In this document: positions 58,054 to 64,000 of the stretch, piece after piece
How the letters are laid out: each line of letters opens with the position of its first letter
Numbering within the stretch: position 1 is the stretch's first letter
Origin: a virus
Taxonomy: Duplodnaviria; Caudoviricetes
Length of the DNA: 64,000 nt
Direction: 5' to 3' (one strand)
IMG/VR virus record: IMGVR_UViG_3300025934_000014
Span: 1 to 64,000 of that record
Notes under the pieces: model-generated
Seen by the model: only the letters and a program-made list of their open reading frames with translations
Told to the model about the DNA's origin: nothing
Databases searched by the model: none
Program-made: the position numbers and the translations under genes

Positions 58054-58096
58054 GGCGGGAGACGCTTTCCGGGCGGTTGGCGTCTCCTGCCTTCTT
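58054..58096 (+). terminator. Terminator after the tail tube gene
   Basis: GGCGGGAGACGC...GCGTCTCCTGCC followed by TTCTT. Confidence 0.6.
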
Positions 58097-58168
58097 CACT
58101 GGTCCTGAGCAGACCGACTCTCATCGGTCATTCCGGGTGACGCGGCCCCGGATAAAGGAGCCTTCCTC

Positions 58169-59417
58169 GTGGGCATCACCAATAAACAACGCGGCGGTCA
58201 ACTGCTCCCCGGCCTCGGGCCGTGGGTGGATGTGCCGTTCAACGCGGCGAACTTCTTGGGCGCTGGTGGCATGACGTGGGCAGTCACGGCGGCTCCGTAC
58301 ATCAACCGCTACTGCCGTATCGGGAATCTTGTTGTCTGGAATCTCTGGGTCGCCGCGAATTCGACGCTGGGCGGCACGGCAGGGAATCAGGTGACGTTGC
58401 TGGCTCCGACGCCGGGGAAAGTCGCGCGGTATGCGGAAGTTCACGCGCAGCTTGGGGTGCAAGCCCCGGCGGAATTAGGACTCGGCAAACTGGCCCCGTC
58501 GAGTGCGGGAGTGGGCGGACAGGTCGGACTGAATCGCGTGCCGCTCGCCAATTTCACGTTGGGATCGCTGCAAGTGCAATTCACGATCATGTACGAGTAC
58601 GGCGACACGTAGGGCCACATGGGTATTACCAATAAGCAGCGCGGCGGACAGCTACTGCCCGGACTGGGCCTCTGGACGGATGTGCCGTTCGACCCGGCGA
58701 ACTTCTACGCCAGCGGCGCAATGACGTGGGCGCTGACGCCGCCGCTGATCACGAACCGGTACTGTCGGATCGGGAACGCCATCATCTGGAACTTCTATGC
58801 AGGGACGACCACGATTGGCGGCACGCCGGGGTTGAACCTGTTCCTGAAGTGCCCGACCGGGATGTCCAAGTACGCGATGGGCACCGGCCTCACGCTCAAC
58901 GGTGCGCCGGTCGTGCCGTTGATGGTCAAGGGGAACGCGGGGAATCCCGGTGTCATCGGCCTCGGGCTGATCTCGAACGCGGCCTTTGTGGTCGGCGCGG
59001 CCCAAGTGCAGTTCAGCATCACGTACGAGTACGGCAACCCGTAGAGGAGCATCGACAATGGGCATCACCAGCAAGCAGCGCGGTCGGCACCTGTTCCCCG
59101 AGGGGATCTCTGGTGCGGCGATCCGCTACACGGCCGATGGGCCGTTGCAGCAACTCTCCGGCGTCCACTCGCTCGCGAAGACCAGCGTGGGTGCGTTCAC
59201 GGTGGCCGCGCCGCAAGCGGACAACCTGCGCCTCACCGTGGTGAACCGCACCGCGTTCGCGCACGTGTTGACGGCGACGGGCTTGATCGATGACGGCACG
59301 GCGGCGGCGTCGAAGAACACCGCGACGTTCGCGGCCTTCCCCGGTGCGAGCATCGAGCTTGTCTCCGGCGGCGGGAAGTGGAACGCTCTCAGCAAGAACG
59401 CGGTCACGGTCGCGTAG
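58169..59417 (+). CDS. Three tandem proteins sharing an MGIT(N/S)KQRG N-terminus (58169-58612, 58619-59044, 59058-59417)
   Basis: MGITNKQRGGQLLPGLG twice and MGITSKQRGRHLFPEG once. The first two are paralogs over their full length (NRYCRIGN...WN...QVQF.I.YEYG). Confidence 0.8.
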
Positions 59418-59419
59418 TC

Positions 59420-59617
59420 ATGTACGTGCCGCGTATCGGAGACTTGGTGACGGTGCGCGGCCCGATCATCGGCGGCACGTACCGAGTGCGTCCGGCAGTG
59501 GTCACGGCAGCGGCTGGCGACATCGTCACGGCGAAGGTGGGGCACGGGTCGGAGGTCTACGTCGGCCTCCCGAAGTGGGTGCGCGGCGTGACGCCAGTCG
59601 GCTGGACCCGGTCATAA
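59420..59617 (+). CDS. Small hypothetical protein
   Basis: PRIGDLV...RPAVVT. Confidence 0.55.
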   Translation: MYVPRIGDLVTVRGPIIGGTYRVRPAVVTAAAGDIVTAKVGHGSEVYVGLPKWVRGVTPVGWTRS

Positions 59618-59738
59618 GAGGCAGGGTGCGCTGGCTTCAGCGTGCTGCGCGATGGGCGTGGCGCGTGCTCGCGGCGCTCGTGGGCGGGAACTGAACGACC
59701 CGACTGGTATATCCAGCCGGGTCGTTGTGCGTACGGCG

Positions 59739-60194
59739 CTACTTGGGTTCGGGCGTGGTCCCCGGCAGCGTGCCGCTGGTTGGCGGTGGCGTGGTCGGCA
59801 GCGTGTTGTCGGGCACGAGGATCAGCCCCTGACACGCGAGCCATTTCACGACGAACTTCATGCCGGGGTGAATCACGCCACCGGGCAGCGTGTTGTCGAT
59901 CTCGCCGCCGCTACCGGGCAGCGTGTTGTCCGGCTTCGTCGGGTCGAACGGGAATACCGGCAGTGTGCCGATGGATCCCGGAGGGCCGACCGGCAGACCG
60001 TTGTCGGGACGCACCGGGCGTCCACCGCCGAAGCCCGGATCGACCGGACTCCATCCACCGCCCGGTCGGCCGTAACCGGGGTCTACGGGTCCACCGGGCA
60101 GCGCGTTGCCGGGGTACACGGGCGCACTGGGCAACCCGTTGTCGATGTCCACACCCTGCGGGGTGATGAACGTGATAATCGCGAGTCGTGACAT
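59739..60194 (-). CDS. Pro/Gly-rich low-complexity protein (antisense moron)
   Basis: Repeats (I/P)DN(G/T)LP and PVDPG(Y/F)G; RBS AAGGAGA on the minus strand. Confidence 0.7.
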   Translation of the reverse strand: MSRLAIITFITPQGVDIDNGLPSAPVYPGNALPGGPVDPGYGRPGGGWSPVDPGFGGGRPVRPDNGLPVGPPGSIGTLPVFPFDPTKPDNTLPGSGGEIDNTLPGGVIHPGMKFVVKWLACQGLILVPDNTLPTTPPPTSGTLPGTTPEPK

Positions 60195-60243
60195 GGTCTT
60201 TGGATCTCCTTAAAACAAAAACAGCGAAGGGTTGGTGCGGGGT

Positions 60244-60405
60244 TCAGCGGAGGTGCAGGTTGCCGGTCAGGACCAGAATCAACAGAATCACGATGACCAA
60301 TCCGAGCAACCCGCCGTACTGCGGACCACCCCAGTTGGACCGGTACCCGTAGCCGCCGCCGCCGAGCAGAATCAGCACGATCAGGATGATCAACAGCGTG
60401 GTCAT
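60244..60405 (-). CDS. DUF3309-like small membrane protein (not in the ORF track)
   Basis: Translated by hand: MTTLLIILIVLILLGGGGYGYRSNWGGPQYGGLLGLVIVILLILVLTGNLHLR. Confidence 0.8.
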   Translation of the reverse strand: MTTLLIILIVLILLGGGGYGYRSNWGGPQYGGLLGLVIVILLILVLTGNLHLR

Positions 60406-60661
60406 GATGGTGTCCTTACGTGGGCCACGGAATCATCGAGGCGGTCAGAAACGCCAACCCCGCTGCCACCAGACGCGGATGGTACGGTTGGGTCTGTGGT
60501 GAAAGTGGAAACGTGGCGAGGACGAAACACACCAGCGCGAAGACGAGCAGGATCAGTCGAAGTACTGCCACTGGACCCTCCAACCCTGCACGCTAACACC
60601 ACGCGGCCGACTTTGCACGATAACCGCCGCTCGTGACAAGCACAGCTACAATCTCGGCTTC

Positions 60662-61276
60662 GTGGCCTACATCTTTCGCGGGGGTGTCCCGCTCGCGGTG
60701 CCGGTCGGGTACGCGACCGACCCGGCGCACGTGACCTTAGTGGCGCACCTGACCCGCCTGACGCGCTACGCCGATGCGGTCGCGTTCCTTGAAGCGCATC
60801 CCACTGACGGGTACCTCGCGGCCGACGTGCTGAACGGGGCGCTCTGGGCGAAGCGGTACCTGAACGCGTCGGCCCGGTTCTCGGCCGGACCTCCGAAGGA
60901 CCGGGCGCTGGCGCTCCGAGGCTGGCGTGCGCTCATGCACGTGCTGAATGGCACTCGCCCAAAAGTCGGGCGGCACCGGGAGCCGCCGCTGACGGCGGAA
61001 GCACTGGGGAGGGCAGCGGCCTCGGTCGCCCGGTGGCGGTCGGCGGTGGACGCGCTGTGGGGGCAGGAACGGGCCACGCTCGTCGCCCTGCTGCTTCAGA
61101 AGGCCGAGGGGCACTTCCGGGTATCGGTCGGCCATCGACGCGCCCTGAAGGCGCTGGCGCGGCGGAAGGGGCTGCGGAAGCGGGACGTGGTCCTGACGCT
61201 GGCCTCGTGGGATACCGGGCTGGCGCTCCGCCGGTTGCGGATGGCGACCTCGGTGGCGGACCTCGTCTACGCCTGA
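60662..61276 (+). CDS. Basic hypothetical protein
   Basis: 204-aa Arg/Ala-rich ORF; no family recognised. Confidence 0.55.
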   Translation: MAYIFRGGVPLAVPVGYATDPAHVTLVAHLTRLTRYADAVAFLEAHPTDGYLAADVLNGALWAKRYLNASARFSAGPPKDRALALRGWRALMHVLNGTRPKVGRHREPPLTAEALGRAAASVARWRSAVDALWGQERATLVALLLQKAEGHFRVSVGHRRALKALARRKGLRKRDVVLTLASWDTGLALRRLRMATSVADLVYA

Positions 61277-61333
61277 CACCGGAAAGCCCGAGGCGCGTTT
61301 CCGGTTGCACCCGCCCGGCTGAGAATCCCCGCC

Positions 61334-61858
61334 ATGTCTACACTCATGAATCCTCGCGCGATGCGCGAACGTCACGTTGTCGAAATCGACATGGGTCAGG
61401 GCCAGCACGTGCTCGCGCGGCGCGAGGACATGACGGTCATGGTCTTTGAAGGCCGCATCCCGATGCCGCTGCTGGTCGCGGTCCAGAAGATGATCGAGAT
61501 GCCGGGCGCGTCCCCCACCGAACGCCTCGCCGCGCTGGGCGAAGCGCACTCCCGTGAACTGGTCGATGTCGTGCGCGAGCATGCGATCAAGGTCGTCCTC
61601 CAGCCGGTGCTCGTGGCCGAAGACGACGGCAATCCCGATCACCTTCCGGTCGGTTTACTCACGCTCCCCCAACTCATTCAAATCTGGAGCGAGACTGCCG
61701 TTGTGCCGTTGATGACGGCGCAGACGGCGGCGGACTTTCGTGCAGGCGCACGCACCCCTGATGCTCCTGTGCTTCCAGATGGGGAAGCAGTACAACCAGC
61801 CGCCAAGCCGGTGGTGGTTCCAATCCGACCCGACATCGACGAATTCGTCCGCCTCTGA
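61334..61858 (+). CDS. Tail assembly chaperone (gpG-like)
   Basis: Lies directly upstream of the tape measure gene and has an overlapping second ORF. Confidence 0.7.
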   Translation: MSTLMNPRAMRERHVVEIDMGQGQHVLARREDMTVMVFEGRIPMPLLVAVQKMIEMPGASPTERLAALGEAHSRELVDVVREHAIKVVLQPVLVAEDDGNPDHLPVGLLTLPQLIQIWSETAVVPLMTAQTAADFRAGARTPDAPVLPDGEAVQPAAKPVVVPIRPDIDEFVRL

Positions 61859-61991
61859 ACGGGCGATGGCGTTCGACTTCGACGCCGCGTGCATGTCACT
61901 GGGACTCGACGCGGAGTTGAAGGCGCGTGAAGCCTACGACGAACAACATACCGGGACGAAGGTGACTCGACGCCGCTTCGGCGTGGGGTAA
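61737..61991 (+). CDS. Tail assembly chaperone extension (gpT-like), +1 frame
   Basis: The +1 frame reads on from GAC_TTT_CGT (61733-61741) and ends 12 nt before the TMP start. Confidence 0.6.
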   Translation, partial: FVQAHAPLMLLCFQMGKQYNQPPSRWWFQSDPTSTNSSASERAMAFDFDAACMSLGLDAELKAREAYDEQHTGTKVTRRRFGVG

Positions 61992-62003
61992 GGGTGTGCG
62001 CTG

Positions 62004-64000
62004 ATGGCCGACAACGACGTACTCATCAAAATCGCAGCGGATGTCGCCAGTGCCGTCAAGGCACTGGAGGGCATGGTCGAGAAACTCGACGCGACCAACA
62101 AAGCGATTGCGGCGATTGGTGATACGTCCAGCAAGGCGAAGAAGGACTCCGAGTCGCTGAGCACGTTCTTCGGCGTGCAGATGGCGAAGTCGTTCGACGC
62201 GGCGAAGGAAGCGGCGCTGGGGTTGGTCGAGAAGATTCCCGACATGGTGGGCCACGTCGCGGAACTGGGCGACTCACTCCTCGCCATGAGCCAGCGCACC
62301 GGCGTCTCCGTCGAAGGGCTGTCCGGGTTGCGGTTCGTCGCGTCACAGGCTGGCGTGTCGTTTGAGTTGCTGGGCCGCACGGTTCAGCAGATGGGGAAGG
62401 AGATCGGAGAAGGCGGGACCAACACCGTCAACGCGATTGAAGGACTGGGCCTCTCGTTCGAGGCGTTGAAGGCGCAGTCCCCCGAGCAGCAGTTCCTCGC
62501 CATCATGGACAAGCTGCACGGCATCACCGACGCGTCCGAGCGCACGCGCAAGGGCGTCGAGTTGCTGGGGCCGAAGTTCAAGATGATGTCGAACCTCGCG
62601 ACGGAGGACATCGGCAAGTTGATGGAGGAGGCCAAGAAACTCGGCCTCGTCATGTCGGAGGATACGGCACGCGCCGCCGACCGGTACGGCGACTCCCTCG
62701 ACCGCATCAACAAGATGATGGAGGCGACCCGAAACGAGATCGGGGCGTCCCTTCTCGGCCCCCTGTCAGACTTCCTCGACCTCGCGCCACAAGTCAGCGG
62801 CGCATTGCTGGTAATCGGAGACGCTGTCCTCGATGTTGGGAAGGCCGCAGGCAAGGTCTTCATCAATATGCTCCCGCAAATTGTGGACAAGCTGGGAGGC
62901 TGGAAGAAGGCGTCCGAACTCGTCAAGACGGAAACCATCGCGCTCGTCACCAAACTCTGGACACAGGTCGCGGCCACGACGGCCTTGAGCGCGGTGCAGA
63001 CCGAAGCGACGGTCGCCACGAAAGCGTGGGCGGTCATACAAGGGATCGCGGCGGTCGCGACGGCAGGCGTGACGGCGGCGGTCAGGGCACTGACGGCTGC
63101 GATGCTGGCGAACCCGGTCCTCGCCATCATCGCCGGGCTGATTGCGCTGGGTGCTGCGCTCTGGGCGTTGAAGTCGCACTACAAGGGCGTCGAGGAGGAG
63201 GCTGCGAAATCTGCCAAGACCCAGATGGACGCGGGAAAGAGCGTCGTCCAGATCGAGGCCGAACTGATCCAGAAGGAGAAGGAGTATCAGGCGGCGCTGA
63301 CCAGAGGCGAGGTAGTACTCGCGGCGCGGCTCGACTCGGAGATCAAGGGCGTCAAGAGCAGCGAGGACTACAAGAAGGCCATCGAGGACTACAACACCGC
63401 CATCGAGGCTGGTTTAGCGCCGGGGGCCAATCAGGCGCAGGTCACGGCGTTCCTCGCGGAGAAGCAGGCGGAAGCCACACTCGAACTCCACAAGGGCGCG
63501 GATGCTCAGGCCGAGATTATCAAGCAGTCCGAGCACTTCAGGGACGCGCAGGACGAAGGCGCGAAAGCGTTAGAAGGCTTCTCGTACGAAACGCAGGAGC
63601 AAATCAAGTGGTTGCTCCTCGACGCCGATGCCACCAATGCCGTGGTCGCTGGCATCACCGGCATGACGGAAGCGCAAGTCCAGTCCGTCCGCACGCTCAT
63701 GGCTGCGCGTGCCGAGGCTGCGGCCTTCGACGCGAAGATCGCCGCACAGCGCGAGTCGATGGGGTTGACGGGCACGAGCGCCGCGCTGGCGAATGCCAAG
63801 GCCGAGCACGATGCGGCCATCCAAGCGATCAATGACAACAAGGCGTGGAAAGATGACGCCGCCAGAAACGAAGCCATTCGGCAAGCGGATGTCACGGCCC
63901 AAGTCAAACGCGCCGAGATCCTGACGAACTCTGCGCGTACCGCCGCGCAGTCGCGCATTCAACTCGCCGCCGATGCAGAGATCGCCGCCGTCAATGCGTC
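62004..64000 (+). CDS. Tape measure protein (truncated at window end; not in the ORF track)
   Basis: MADNDVLIKIAADVASAVKALEG...LAMSQRTGVSVEGLSGL...AAMLANPVLAII; Ala-rich helical; no in-frame stop noticed to the window end. Confidence 0.88.
   Translation, partial: MADNDVLIKIAADVASAVKALEGMVEKLDATNKAIAAIGDTSSKAKKDSESLSTFFGVQMAKSFDAAKEAALGLVEKIPDMVGHVAELGDSLLAMSQRTGVSVEGLSGLRFVASQAGVSFELLGRTVQQMGKEIGEGGTNTVNAIEGLGLSFEALKAQSPEQQFLAIMDKLHGITDASERTRKGVELLGPKFKMMSNLATEDIGKLMEEAKKLGLVMSEDTARAADRYGDSLDRINKMMEATRNEIGASLLGPLSDFLDLAPQVSGALLVIGDAVLDVGKAAGKVFINMLPQIVDKLGGWKKASELVKTETIALVTKLWTQVAATTALSAVQTEATVATKAWAVIQGIAAVATAGVTAAVRALTAAMLANPVLAIIAGLIALGAALWALKSHYKGVEEEAAKSAKTQMDAGKSVVQIEAELIQKEKEYQAALTRGEVVLAARLDSEIKGVKSSEDYKKAIEDYNTAIEAGLAPGANQAQVTAFLAEKQAEATLELHKGADAQAEIIKQSEHFRDAQDEGAKALEGFSYETQEQIKWLLLDADATNAVVAGITGMTEAQVQSVRTLMAARAEAAAFDAKIAAQRESMGLTGTSAALANAKAEHDAAIQAINDNKAWKDDAARNEAIRQADVTAQVKRAEILTNSARTAAQSRIQLAADAEIAAVNA

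Noticed and set aside
1-64000. Stop-codon reassignment to explain the TGA at 1-3
   Set aside because: TGA, TAA and TAG all terminate well-formed coupled genes, and the long ORFs are intact under code 11.
1-64000. tRNA/rRNA genes, integrase, diversity-generating retroelement
   Set aside because: No cloverleaf or T-loop signatures, recombinase motifs or reverse-transcriptase motifs were recognised.

Overview
This is a GC-rich fragment of a tailed dsDNA (siphovirus-like) phage or prophage, almost all on the + strand. Order: terminase large subunit (truncated, 1-1170); about 20 kb of small accessory genes (1.2-21 kb); DUF935/Mu-gp29-type portal; collagen-like and FN3 fibre genes; a ~19 kb block of polyvalent effector proteins ending in a MuF-like protein (32.4-51.3 kb); Mu-like prohead protease/scaffold; capsid decoration protein and major capsid protein; connectors; tail tube; tail chaperone with a candidate +1 frameshift; and tape measure protein (truncated). 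Two systems stand out. (1) A stand-alone Nop/IS110-related protein (4875-5702) is followed immediately by about 42 units of a 36-nt dual-repeat/dual-spacer array (5732-7253), which looks like a TIGR-Tas (TasA-type) RNA-guided system. (2) About 20 copies of three short interchangeable peptide tags, each directly after a Leu, head the enzyme domains (ADP-ribosyltransferases, GNATs, nuclease, HD, zincins, ParB-like) across nine head-module proteins including the portal and MuF. This suggests a protease-processed, capsid-packaged effector arsenal. Also present: a PEP-CTERM protein, a family of ECF-sigma-like promoters with an internal operator, candidate structured RNAs, and two Acb2/Tad1-like candidates. 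All family calls come from motif recognition by eye; no searches were run. No integrase, replication or lysis genes were recognised in the window.
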